This document shows, piece by piece, positions 29,025-43,430 of a DNA stretch of 64,000 nucleotides. Position 1 is the stretch's first letter, and each line of letters starts with the position of its first letter. A model generated the notes under the pieces. It saw only the letters and a program-made list of their open reading frames with translations, did no database searches and was not told the DNA's origin. Position numbers and translations under genes: made by a program. The DNA is from Eledone cirrhosa (lineage: Eukaryota): contig OZ024766.1 in assembly GCA_964016885.1 (NCBI GenBank), forward strand, positions 1 to 64,000. Direction: 5' to 3'.

Positions 29025-30557
29025 ATATATATATAAAATAAACACATTGTAAATTATTCCTACTACGGTAGTTCGATATTGAACCTCTCACCTCGCTACG
29101 AAACAATAAATACCCAATACTCCTACCAACGAAGCTACCAGAAAACTTGCTGTAAATTTTATATATTTAAAGTATTAAAAACCTTAAATTAATTTATTTA
29201 ATTATAAATACGGAAAGTGTAGAGACAGAAGATAAATAAAACTTCAAAATAATCATAATATCCGACATTGTTTTGAGAATAATAGTGTAAAAAATTGACA
29301 CCGGTTTAAGGGTTCCACGTAACCTTTGCCCTCTCGCTCCCATGGTAACTTGATGTTCAGATTAAAGAGAGGTGTGCAATAAATTAGTTAATTATTTCAT
29401 ATTTATTCATTAATACTAAACAAGGAACAAGATGGGGGGAAAGAAATTTAAAAAAATTGCGGTCGTTAAAAAAAAAAAAAAATTCAGCCATTACCCTCCC
29501 ATGATGCAACAGTAGAGGTAAATACTTTGACGATTTAGCGACATCAGTTCCCCAGTTTTCTCTCAGCCGAAATCTCAAGAACGATAACTCTGTCTTTACT
29601 TAATCGCAAAAATGGGTGCAAAAAAGTTTCTTGGCTTTTTTTATGTTTGATGATTGAATCACGTTAAGCGTGAAACCTGCGTTTCTTAACTTAAATTTTA
29701 ACCTGTTCTTATAATATATATATATAATAATATATATATATAATTATTTAACACAAACTACTTAACATAAATATATATATAAATACAGAGAGAGTGTGGC
29801 ACTCCGTCGGTTACGACGAAGGGAATTCGTGTTTTTATTACTAATGATTGAATATGTATGTATGTATGTATGTGTGTGTGTATGTATGTATGTATGTATG
29901 TATGTATACATACATATCCGGGAGAGATGACCCCTTAGCCTTTGTCAAGGCTGAATTCTAGGAGAAGGAAAAATCTGATATAACATCTGCAACTCTGGTA
30001 TCCAATGATTTTGACTTGTTCTTTTTGGTAAACATCATCTTGGTTAAGAGAGTGGGACTGGCTTTGTGCAGTGCCGTTGCTCACTATAAAAGTTTCACGG
30101 CACAGGCATTGCTTTATATATGGAGATCTCTCTGCACTTGTCGTCACATGGTACCATGGGCCCAGCACTGTGTGTCAATAATTGTCACAAGTGTAGTGTT
30201 TGTACCAGAGTTTTCAAGTCGCTGGCTGGACTGAAAAGTCACACTCGTTCAGCGCATCGCTAGGGGTTCTCCTACATGGATATAAAGTAGTGGCCGTACT
30301 CGAGAACGAGTTGGCAGCCACCATATATATATAGATGTATGTATATATATTTATATATATACGAATATATATATTTATATATATATATATAGTAATAATA
30401 AATGTGAAGACTAAAATCCAAAGAGGTCTCGATAACGATAAAGATAAATATATATCGAATATATATACATATATATATGTATGTGTATGTATGTATGTAC
30501 GTATGTATGTATGTATATATGTATTTATGTGTATATATGTATTTATGTACATATATG

Positions 30558-30601
<44 letters not shown>

Positions 30602-32119
30602 TCTATATATATAAAATAAACACATTGTAAATTATTCCTACTTCGGCAGTTCGATATTGAACCTCTCACCTCGTTACGAAACAATAAATACCCAATACTC
30701 CTACCAACGAAGCAACCAGCGAATTTGCTGTAAATTTTATATATTTAAAGTATTAAAAACCTTAAATTTATTTATTTAATTATAAATACGGAAAGTGTAG
30801 AGACAGAAGATAAATAAAACTTCAAAATAATCATAATATCTGACATTGTTTTGAGAATAATAGTGTAAAATTGACACCGGTTTAGGGGTTCCACGTAACC
30901 CTTGCCCTCTAAATATTTAATCATTAGTAATAAAAACACGAATTCCCTTCGTCGCAACCGACGGAGTGCCACACTCTCTCTGTATTTATTTATATATATA
31001 TATGTTAAGTAGTTTGTGTTAAATAATTATATATATATATTATTATATATATATTATAAGAACAGGTTAAAATTTAAGTTAAGAATCGCTGCTTTCACGC
31101 TTAACGTGATTCAATCATCAAACATAAAAAAGCCAAGAAACTTTTTTGCACCCATTTTTGCGATTAAGTAAAGACAGAGTTATCGTTCTTGAGATTTCGG
31201 CTGAGAGAAATTTGGGGAACTGATGTCGCTAAATCGTCAAAGTATTTACCTCTACTGTTGCATCATGGGAGGGTAATGGCTGAATTTTTTTTTTTTTTAA
31301 CGACGGCAATTTTTTTTAATATCTTTCCTGCCATCTTGTTCCTTGTTTGATATTAATGAATAAATATAATTAAATAAATAAATTAATAAATAAATATAAA
31401 ATAATTAATTGACACCGGTTTAGGGGTTCCACGTAACCCTTGCCCTCTCGCTCCCATGGTAACTTGATGTTCAGATTAAACTACTTAACATATATATATA
31501 TATATAAATACAGAGAGAGTGTGGCACTCCGTCGGTTACGACGAAGGGAATTCGTGTTTTTATTACTAATGAATAAATATTTAGAGGGCAAGGGTTACGT
31601 GGACCCCTAAACCGGTGTCAATTTTACACTATTATTCTCAAAACAACGTCGGATATTATCTACACTTTCCGTATTTTTAATTAAATAAATAAATTTAAGG
31701 TTTTTTAATACTTTAAATATATAAAATTTACAGCAAGTTTTCTGGTAGCTTTGTAGGTAGGAGTAATGGGTGTTTATTGTTTCGTAACGAGGTGAGAGGT
31801 TCGATATCGAACTGCCGTAGTAGGAATAATTTACAATGTGTTTATTTTATATATATAGATGTGTGTATATATATATATATACATATAGATACATATCTAC
31901 GAGGTGAGAGGTTCGATCTAGAGCTGGCGTTGCAGAAATAAGTTACAATGTGTTTATTTTATATATTTATATATATATATACATACATACATATATATAT
32001 GTATAATTCGATAAATATTTATTCATATCGAGCCCTCTTTGGATTTTAGTCTTCACATTTATTATTATTACTATATATATATATACATATGTATATATAT
32101 ATACATATACTGTATATAG

Positions 32120-32152
<33 letters not shown>

Positions 32153-32473
32153 AACGGAAAAAATGAAACGAAATTTATAATATATATAAATATACTTATA
32201 TACTTATATATATACATATGTATATACATATACAAACACGTGTATGTATGTATATATATATATGTATGTATATATATATATACTTATATATATATACATA
32301 TGTATATACATATACAAACATGTGTATATATATATACATATACAAACATGTGTATATATATATATACATACACATACACATGTATATATATATATATACA
32401 AGCACACACATATATATATATACACATTTATATATATGTGTATGTATGTATATATATATACATACACATGTAT

Positions 32474-32516
<43 letters not shown>

Positions 32517-32646
32517 CACATGTATATATATATATATATACATATATGTATATATATATATACATATATGTATGTATATATATATATACATATATATATG
32601 TATATATATATATGTATATATATATACATATATATATGTATATACA

Positions 32647-32703
<57 letters not shown>

Positions 32704-33534
32704 ATACATGTGTATGTATATGTATGTATGTATGTATGTATATACATGTGTATGTATATACATGTGTATGTATGTATGTATGTATATACATGTGTATGTA
32801 TATATATATACATACATACACATATATATAAAGGTGTATATATATGTATGTATATACATACATATATATATATATATAAATGTATATATATATATATATA
32901 TACATACATATATAAATATATATATACATGTGTATGTATACACACATATACATACATATTCAGACATAGATATATACACATATATATATATGTGTGTAAA
33001 TTAATCTGACAAACCTGATTGATGTGGTGAACGAAAGGATTTGATTTACCTAATCCTTGGATTAAAATGCATATCTGAAATAATTCAAGATATGTATATA
33101 TATATACACTCACATTCCTATATATATATCTACCTACATAAGTATGTGTGTATATATATTTGTATATATATATATATGTATACACACACATGTATATATA
33201 TGTACATAAGTATGTGCCTATATATATTTGTATATATAAGTATGTGCATGTATATATTTGTATATATAAGTATGTGCATGTATATATTTGTGTATATATA
33301 TATATGTATGTATGCATATATTTGTATGTATGTAGGTATATTTTATTAAATATTGTCGTTTTAATGCGTTCGGCAAGAGAAATATTTAAACATGAATTAA
33401 TTATATATGTATGTAGGTATGTGTGTGTATATGTGTGCATATATATGTGTGTTTATATGTATATATGCATGTATGTATGTATATGTGAATATGTATGTAT
33501 CTATATATGTATGTATGTTCTTCTGGTTTTATAA

Positions 33535-34130
33535 TTTCACAAATGTTTACCAATAAAGAGTCGGTTTCTAACATAGACACAAGACTCTCTCATTGGAATG
33601 TACACAACATCAACTAGGTAGATATGTATGTATGCATGCATGTGTAGATATGGATGTTATTGTATGTGTGGATGTTTTGAGTTGTATGTGTGCATGTGTA
33701 TATGCTTTGTATCTGTACATGTGTATATGCAGTTATTAAGTTATTAGATGCAAAACTTTTGAAATGTTTTACATAATTTTACTGTTCCATTAATGGATTG
33801 TATTTGTAATTTCCTAACTAGTTGTGTTCTTTCTGTTCCTGTGAAGCTCAGCTTCTCCAGATTTGTATTGAGGCAGTTACTAACATATCCCAGTGCCCCA
33901 ATAATCACAGGTATAAATCTGAAGGTATAGTCAGGGTGGAGTATCTGCAGATTTCTAATTAGTTCTGCATAAATATTCTCCTTTTTGCTAATATTTGATA
34001 TCATATTGGCATCTACTGGGCAGCTAACTTCCACTTCTGAGCATGCCTTCTTCTCCCTGTCCCATATCATTATATCTGGTCTGTAATGCCTGCATTTTAT
34101 TGGGGTTTTTACTGGAACATCCATCAGTAC
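33535..34130 (-). mobile_element. 3' end of an RLE-type non-LTR retrotransposon (R4/Dong-like or related)
   Basis: RPDIMIWD...EVSCP...KKENIYAEL...IPVIIGALG restriction-like endonuclease motif, then stop, 3' UTR and (CATA)n. Confidence 0.8.
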
Positions 34131-34219
34131 TCTTTCATATTATGTGTATGTATGTCTTCCACATTGCTGTAGCTTTTAATGTGTTTCTTATCGGGGCTAT
34201 CTTTTCTATGGATTGCATA

Positions 34220-34254
<35 letters not shown>

Positions 34255-34259
<5 letters not shown>

Positions 34260-34639
34260 TATATATATATGTATGCATCTATATGTATGTGTATGTATGT
34301 ATAGAAGTATATATCTATATATGTGTATGTAAGTATATATATATATATATATGTATGTGTATGTATGTATGTATAGAAGTATATATCTATATATGTGTAT
34401 GTATGTATATATATGCATATATATATATATATGTATATATCTATATATGTGTATGTAAGTATATATATGCATATGTATATATGTATGTGTATGTATGTAT
34501 AGAAGTATATATCTATATATGTGTATGTAAGTATATATATGCATATATATATGTGTATATATATATATATGTATGTGTATGTATGTATAGAAGTATATAT
34601 CTATATATGTGTATGTATGTAAGTATATATATGCATATA

Positions 34640-34690
<51 letters not shown>

Positions 34691-35180
34691 ATGTATGTAT
34701 AGAAGTATATATATATGTATGTGTATGTATGTATAGAAGTATATATATATGTATGTGTATGTATGTATAGAAGTATATATCTATGTATGTGTATGTATGT
34801 ATAGAAGTATATATCTATATATGTTTATGTATGTATAGAAGTATATATCTATATATGTGTATGTATGTATAGAAGTATATATCTATATATGTGTATGTAT
34901 GTATAGAAGTATATATCTATATATGTGTATGTATGTATAGAAGTATATATCTATATATGTGTATGTATGTATAGACGTATATATCTATATATGTGTATGT
35001 ATGTATAGAAGTATATATCTATATATGTGTATGTATGTATAGAAGTATATATCTATATATGTGTATGTATGTATAGAAGTATATATCTATATATGTGTAT
35101 GTATGTATAGAAGTATATATCTATATATGTGTATGTATATGTATAGAAGTATATATCTATATATGTGTATGTATATGTAT
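34255..35180. repeat. Microsatellite-derived minisatellite (about 34-36 bp, GTATAGAAGTATATATCTATATATGTGTATGTAT)
   Basis: Direct inspection. Confidence 0.9.
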
Positions 35181-35710
35181 ATATATGAATAACAAACAAG
35201 TAGTTTATCGCCCTAAACAAGCACAGATTCCACTGTTGGCGCAGCAAGGAAGAAATAGCAGGTGATGTGTTGTTATGGAGTCCATCTCGTGGAGCAAGAA
35301 ACGCTGGTCGTTCCAAGAAGACATACGTCAAGCAACTTGAGGATGATACTGGATGCACTGCGGAAGAACTGGCAAACGCTATGAGAGACAGAGATGGATG
35401 GAGGAAATGTGTCGTAGAAAGCCGAGCAAGCTCGACCTGATGATGATGATGATGAGTTTATCGCTCTACATGCCCGAATACAATAAATGTAATCTGAGTT
35501 TTTCGAATATCAATAATTGTTTCTACTTTAGGCACAAGGCCAGCAATTACCCCAGTGTATTACTGGTACTTTATTTTATCGACCCCGTAAGGATGAAAGG
35601 CATATCAATATCAATAATAATATTCGATTTGTTTGTTAGTAGAATGAAACCCTCATTGTTGCTCTTGTGTTGGCATGGAGACAGAACTGCAGACACTAAT
35701 GTTTCTGGGT

Positions 35711-36255
35711 GACAGCTGTATAAAAAAGTGCAGGGCTATCAAAATTGATGGAAGCTACGGAGTAGGCAGACCCAGAAAAACCTGGGACAATTTGATAAAT
35801 TCTGACCTTACACACTTACACCTCTCCAAGACAATGTCACTGGACCGAGATCTTTGGCGCTACGTAGTAATACAGAAGACCCGCCTTGCCTATGTACAAA
35901 GCGAAACCTCCCACTAACCCTACCCCCACCCCCATCAACACCACCCTCTCTCTGTAAAGTTATGTTGGTGCCACAACATCCAGTCCGAAACAAATGAGGT
36001 CGTGTAGATGTCACGACAAAAAAACACACAGTCCACGCTGTAATGTGGCCGTGTAGGTAACACGGTAAAAACCTCCCAGTTCACACTGTAAACGTGGTTG
36101 GTGTTAGGAAGGGCATCCAACTGTAGAAAACCCGCCAGACAGTCCTATACGAGCGAGACACAGTCACCTGACCAATCTTGCCTCAAGTGGGACAATTCCC
36201 GTCTAAACCCATGCTAGTGTGGAAGATAGGCGTTAAACGATGATGATGATGATGA
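35711..36255 (+). mobile_element. Second copy of the same LINE 3' end (UTR-only copies at 474-626 -, 1415-1557 +, 13038-13447 -)
   Basis: Colinear with 17470-18049. Confidence 0.85.
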
Positions 36256-36294
36256 TATATATATTTATACACACACACATATATACATATGTGC

Positions 36295-36327
<33 letters not shown>

Positions 36328-36437
36328 CACACATATATACATAAGTGTATGTACATATATATATGTTTGTATGAAAATATATATGTGTATATGAATGCAC
36401 ATATATATATATATATGTATGTATGTGTACATATGTA

Positions 36438-36473
<36 letters not shown>

Positions 36474-36529
36474 CATATATATATATATATGAATGCACAT
36501 ATATATATATATGTATGTATATGTATGTA

Positions 36530-36595
<66 letters not shown>

Positions 36596-36854
36596 CATAT
36601 ATATATATAATGTATGTATAGATGTGTATGTGTGTATACTCACACATACACACGTGTGTGTGTGTGTTTGTGTGTGTATTACATAACATACCTTTGAGTA
36701 TTGGAATTATTTAATTCTAGATAAGAACTTATTTCTGGCTTTGCTGTCAACTTAATTTGGGTGGTGTTGATTTATCTGCCCTTGGAGAGTTAGGTAGTCA
36801 GACTTGGCTAGGTAGGGGCCTGGATAGATGGAGAGGTAGTAGGATAGATATACA

Positions 36855-37457
36855 GATAGATATATTTCTTTATTTGCCACAAGGGCGCACAAGAAAAGGG
36901 GACAATACAAAGACATGCCGGGGATTTTACATACAATTGTGTACAAAAATATTTTCAACAAACAAATATAACAATCGAAATCCCCAATAGGGGGGAGGTG
37001 TTACAAATGGGTTGTTTAATACCCCGTAGATAGAACAACCTTCAACTCCAGGAGCGTGTTGTGCAAGTGGTCCTTTCTTCCTTTTGCTCTCTTCTTCAAC
37101 CTACAGGTTTATATACAGAGAAGGTCCAATCACTCGGGCCATTGGGCCTTCTCGATAGACAGATATATAGGTAGATATATTTCTTTATTTGCCACAAGGG
37201 CGCACAAGAAAAGGGGACAAAACAAAGACACATGCCGGGGATTTTGCATACAGTCGTGTAAAAATATTAAAACAAACAAATATAACAATCGAAATCCCCA
37301 ATAGGGGAGAGGTGCCACAAAGGCGTTGTTTAATACCCCGTAGATAGAACAACCCTCAACTCCAGGAGCGTGTTGTGCAAGTGGTCCTTTCTTCCTTTTG
37401 CTCTCTTCTTCAACCTACAGGTTTATATACAGAGAAGGTCCAATCACTCGGGCCATT
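36855..37457 (-). mobile_element. Tandemly duplicated (about 314 bp) retroelement 3' end; further copy at 21655-21860, relative on + at about 59540-59658
   Basis: On -: ...GCCCTTGTGGCAAATAAAGAAATATATCTATC, a polyA-signal and microsatellite tail. Confidence 0.6.
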
Positions 37458-37471
37458 TTCACCACATTCAC

Positions 37472-37915
37472 CCACCTTTCAGTAAATTTACTGGGGTGCA
37501 GTGCCTCTCTCTCCACCCTGATTCTCCTTCTAAAGTGGTACTTAAAGAAGGGAATGAGTTGTTGTCCGGAGAGAAAGGCATCTGTCCTCAGTCCTCTCAA
37601 CCTCGTCCACCATATAACACCTTTCTGTAAATTTACTGGGGGCCAGTGCCTCTCTCTCCACCCTGATTCTCCTTCTAAAGTGGTACCTAAAGAAGGGAAT
37701 GAGTTGTTGTCCGGAGAGAAAGGCATCTGTCCTCAGTCCTCTCAACCCTGTCCACCATATAACACCTTTCAGTAAATTTACTGGGGTGCAGTGCCTCTCT
37801 CTCCACCCTGATTCTCCTTCTAAAGTGGTACCTAAAGAAGGGAATGAGTTGTTGTCCGGAGAGAAAGGCATCTGTCCTCAGTCCTCTCAACCTCGTCCAC
37901 CATATAACACCTTTC
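37472..37915. repeat. 145-bp tandem triplication
   Basis: ATGAGTTGTTGTCCGG at 37554, 37699, 37844. Confidence 0.95.
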
Positions 37916-38164
37916 ACCATACCCACTGTACGGAGGAAAACCGCCTCTCTTTCATTTTTAAATGAAGATGGAGGTTTGTTCGTTACTATGGACTCGGCAG
38001 ACAGACAGACACGTGCGTGTATGTCTACATATTTATATGTGTATATGTGTATGTATACATATATAAATATGTGTATGTATACATATATATATGTGTGTGG
38101 GTGTATGTATATGTGTACATATATATGTATGTACATATGTGTGTGTGTATGTATATATATATAT

Positions 38165-38201
<37 letters not shown>

Positions 38202-38356
38202 CTGAATAAGACCCATCCCACCCTTGCAAGCAGGGAAAAGCGGACGTAAAATGATGATGATGATGATGATATATATGTATGTATATGTATGTATGTATAT
38301 GTGTATGCATATATATATGTATGAATATATATATATATATATATATATGTATGAAT

Positions 38357-38423
<67 letters not shown>

Positions 38424-38457
38424 CACACACACAAACACACACGTGTATGCGTGCTGC

Positions 38458-38488
<31 letters not shown>

Positions 38489-38537
38489 ATATGTATATAT
38501 ATATATATATATACACAAACACACACGTGTATGTGTG

Positions 38538-38617
<80 letters not shown>

Positions 38618-38645
38618 CACACTCACACATATATATATACACACT

Positions 38646-38676
<31 letters not shown>

Positions 38677-38825
38677 CTCAGTCTTTACAGCATGTAAGTA
38701 TAGTAACCTTATCCAACCAACTCTTGATTTGTTCCAGAAACTTCTAAGTCAATGTGGCTGAAATGGGGAACTGTCATTTATTGTACTCTGTCGCTTGTAT
38801 CGGGTGTCTTATGTATATATGTATA

Positions 38826-38882
<57 letters not shown>

Positions 38883-38897
38883 TTTATTTTAAAGAAG

Positions 38898-39089
38898 ATA
38901 GAAGGAGCTTCTACAGGACTAGTACTGTTTCATTCAGATGAAATCTTCAGTGCTTCCTGAAGATTTCATCTGAATGAAACAGTACTAGTCCTGTAGAAGC
39001 TCCTTCTATAAAATAAAATTTTTTTATACTCTGCCATGTATTGAGTACCTTACTTACTGTGGTTATCCCCGACTCAACCCGGGACCTAC

Positions 39090-39090
<1 letters not shown>
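38898..39090. mobile_element. PLE-like fold-back fragment with hammerhead cores on both arms (38898-38950 and 38957-39009)
   Basis: 53-bp perfect inverted arms; CTGAAGA...GAAAC-AGTACTA-GTC; tail with TATTGAGTAC. Confidence 0.68.
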
Positions 39091-39132
<42 letters not shown>

Positions 39133-39135
<3 letters not shown>

Positions 39136-39372
39136 TAGCAGATGTACCCGGTGTTGCTCGGGAAATGAACGACAGCCTGAAATGTTCAAGGTCGTTTATG
39201 GCTTAGCTAGCAATTTCTGAGTGCATGTCAGTTTATGTCAGCTAATGGGCTAGCCAAGGAGAGGTCACCTCAATAGCACGTCCCAAATCGGCCTAGTACT
39301 TCAAAAGTTAAAAGGAGCCTAGTATTTGTAAACAGACAGATACACACACACACACAGACTGACTTGCTTTTA
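39133..39372 (+). mobile_element. Helentron/Helitron-associated non-autonomous element (HINE-like)
   Basis: Starts TACTAGCAGATGTACCCGGTGTTGCTCGGG (stem-loop), has a CCAAATCGG..TAGTA motif and (ACAG)n near the other end, inserted in (TA)n. Confidence 0.6.
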
Positions 39373-39404
39373 TATATATATATATATATATATACATATA
39401 TACA

Positions 39405-39445
<41 letters not shown>

Positions 39446-39452
39446 TAATCAC

Positions 39453-39738
39453 ATCATCATCATCATCATTTTACGTTCACTTTTCCCTGCTTGCAAGGGT
39501 GGGACGGGAACTGATTCTGGCTTGATTTCTACAGCTGGATGCCCTTCCTAACACCAACCTCATTTACAGTGAGTACTGGGTGCTTTTTTTGCGTGGCACC
39601 TCCACGACCACTTTGCAGTGGAATAATAAGGACCCCAGTCCCTATCATCTCATTTCTACAGCTGAGTAAACTGGAGCAATGTGAAATAAAGTGTCTTGCT
39701 CAAGGAAACAACACATCACCCGGTCTGAGAATTGAACT
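39453..39738 (-). mobile_element. SINE family 1, 5'-truncated (another partial copy at 12840-13018)
   Basis: Reverse complement of the SINE body and tail. Confidence 0.88.
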
Positions 39739-39774
39739 GATGATGTTGCAGATGTGCAACAAAAGAACTTTGTT

Positions 39775-39815
<41 letters not shown>

Positions 39816-40260
39816 CTGTATTTTTGACCGTTGGTCAGTCAACGATTAACATTGAGGACCAAATAAATTAACTATGGAGATGTAAAAGATGCAGAAGCGA
39901 AAACCAACCAAACAGTGAGTGTGTTCTGTTATTATTTCTGGCAATATTATAACAATATGACCCTCCCCAAGTATAACAATATATATATATATATATATGT
40001 AATTATGTGTGTGTGTATGTCTATATATATATATATTTTTTTTCCCAATTTGTAGAAAACTTATAATGAAACGATCGTTTGGAAAGAGAGATGTATTTTA
40101 ATTATGTCTCATATAAAATAATACAACTGGCCATCCACAAAATACGTATAGTTAGCACCCCAAACGTATAATTGGGATTACACGAAGGTATATCCTAATG
40201 TTTGTTGAGTGAGACAGAAGCCGGTCGGAGTATTGCTTAAAGCTTTCTCTGTTAATGTAT

Positions 40261-40316
<56 letters not shown>

Positions 40317-40370
40317 AATAGATACGTATATATAAATATATAGATATATATGTTTATGTATCTATGTATG

Positions 40371-40410
<40 letters not shown>

Positions 40411-40456
40411 CGTATATATAAATATATAGATATATATGTTTATGTATCTATGTATG

Positions 40457-40496
<40 letters not shown>

Positions 40497-40542
40497 TATA
40501 TATATAAATATATAGATATATATGTTTATGTATCTATGTATG

Positions 40543-40590
<48 letters not shown>

Positions 40591-40609
40591 CGTATATATA
40601 AATATATAC

Positions 40610-40656
<47 letters not shown>

Positions 40657-40741
40657 GATACATTTATATATATATATATATATAAATAGATACGTATATA
40701 TATATATATATATATAAATAGATACGTATATATATATATAA

Positions 40742-40840
<99 letters not shown>

Positions 40841-41378
40841 TATATATATATACAGGTGATAGCAAGAATGTGACCAGATCTAAAAGCAAGTGTATTACAT
40901 GAGGTGAGGGATATAATTGAGAAAGTATCAGATATATTGTGTAAGGGGATACAGGACCAGCTGCTGTTGAAACCACTTCTCTGATACAGTGGCTGAACAA
41001 GGGGGCGGTTGATGTCGTTAGGTTCACAATACTTTCACCAGTACTACTAGTGTTACTACTGCTGGTGGTACTACTACTGCTGGTACTACTGCTGCTGGTG
41101 GTACCAACACTACTGTTACCACTACTACTATCTCTACCACCACCATCACTACCACCACTACCACTACTACCACCACCATCACTACCACCACCACTACTAC
41201 CACCACTGCCACCACAATCACTACCATTACTACCACCATCACTACTACCACCACTGCCACCACCATCACTACCACCACTACTACTACTACCACCACTACT
41301 ACCACCACCACTACTACCACCACCACTACTACCACCACTGCCACCACCATCACTACCACTACTACCATTAACACCACA

Positions 41379-41413
<35 letters not shown>

Positions 41414-41462
41414 CACACACATCCAGACACACACACACATATATATATATACACTTATATAT

Positions 41463-41503
<41 letters not shown>

Positions 41504-41507
41504 CATC

Positions 41508-41563
<56 letters not shown>

Positions 41564-41571
41564 CATACATC

Positions 41572-41627
<56 letters not shown>

Positions 41628-43000
41628 CATACATCTATATATAAATACATACATCTATCTATATATATATACATACATCTATATATATATATACATACAT
41701 CTCTCTCTCTCTATCTATATATATATATATATATAATCTCTCTCTCTCTATATATATATATACATCTATATGTATATATATATCTATATGTATATATACA
41801 TCTATATCTATATGTATATATACATCCATATCTATATGTATATATACATCCATATCTATATGTATATATACATCTATATCTATATGTATATATACATCTA
41901 TATCTATATGTATATATACATCTATATCTATATGTATATATACATCTATATCTATATGTATATATACATCTATATATATATGTATGTATACATCTATATA
42001 TATACATGTATACATACCTCTATATATATATTTATGTATGTACGTGCATTTAATTACATATGTATATACATATATATATACATCTATATATATATATATA
42101 TATATATAGCCAGCAATCTTAACCATCAACAGTCCATCTCAACAAGACTTTCCTAACCCACCGCCACCGCCGTACAAATCACCAAATCCCCCTCTCCTCC
42201 ACTCCACGGGCAAAAGAAATAAATATATATAAAATGGCTGAATCGAAAGACGGGACAGCTTCCGGTCACGAACGATTACTTCCGCCTTGCTCGCATGCTT
42301 TATTTGAAATTGCAGTGACTGCATCGTCATTAGCTTATCAGCCATAGTACACCAGCACACACACATACACACGTACATACACATACATACACACACGTAC
42401 ACATACGTACACACACGTACACATACATACACATACATACACACACGTACACATACATGTACACCATCACACATACGTACGTACATACTTACATATACAT
42501 GTACACCACCACACATACATACACACACGTACACATACACACGTACATACACATACATACACACACGTACACATACGTACACACACGTACACATACATAC
42601 ACATACATACACACACGTACACATACATGTACACCATCACACATACGTACGTACATACATACATACATATACATGTACACCACCACACATACATACACAC
42701 ACGTACACATACATGTACACCACCGCACATACATACACACACGTACACATACATGTACACCACCGCACATACATACACACACGTACACATACATGTACAC
42801 CACCGCACATACATACACATACGTACACAAACATGTACACCATCACACATACGTACATACATACATATACAGACATGTGGACCATCACGCACGCACACAC
42901 ACATACGTAAACATATACACACACACACACACATACGTACACACACATGCATAAATATATACACGCATGTACAACACTATTAAACACTAACAAACACGCA

Positions 43001-43056
<56 letters not shown>

Positions 43057-43122
43057 GTCATACATATATATATATATATATATAGACATACATATATATA
43101 TATATAATATATATATATATAT

Positions 43123-43201
<79 letters not shown>

Positions 43202-43338
43202 CACCCATACACACGTATATTTACACGCATATATATACGTATATATACTCAAACATACTGACATGAATGTGCACGTGTATATATATGTATATATATATAT
43301 AAAGGTATGTATATATATATCATGATGATATATATATG

Positions 43339-43371
<33 letters not shown>

Positions 43372-43398
43372 GTATATATATATATGTATATCATCATG

Positions 43399-43430
<32 letters not shown>

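Larger units (their letters stand above)
22985..32075. repeat. Higher-order array (period about 3.5-3.7 kb, about 2.5 units) of foldback elements, RTE 5'/3' remnants and a hammerhead-bearing fragment
   Basis: Module AAGTGTA(G/C)TGTTTGTACCAGAG recurs at about 22987, 24934, 26489, 28635, 30189; long modules recur in both orientations. Confidence 0.9.

Noticed and set aside
38677-38760. Minus-strand exon candidate with a good acceptor
   Set aside because: Stops in all three frames between the acceptor and the likely donor.
39850-39980. Unique-looking sequence as a possible exon
   Set aside because: A reverse-complement copy at about 56758-56890 shows it is a dispersed repeat.
42180-42350. CpG-rich island with ETS-like (CGGAAG) and YY1-like motifs; also GTCACGTGAC at 48601
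   Set aside because: Short motifs with no linked exon or other support.
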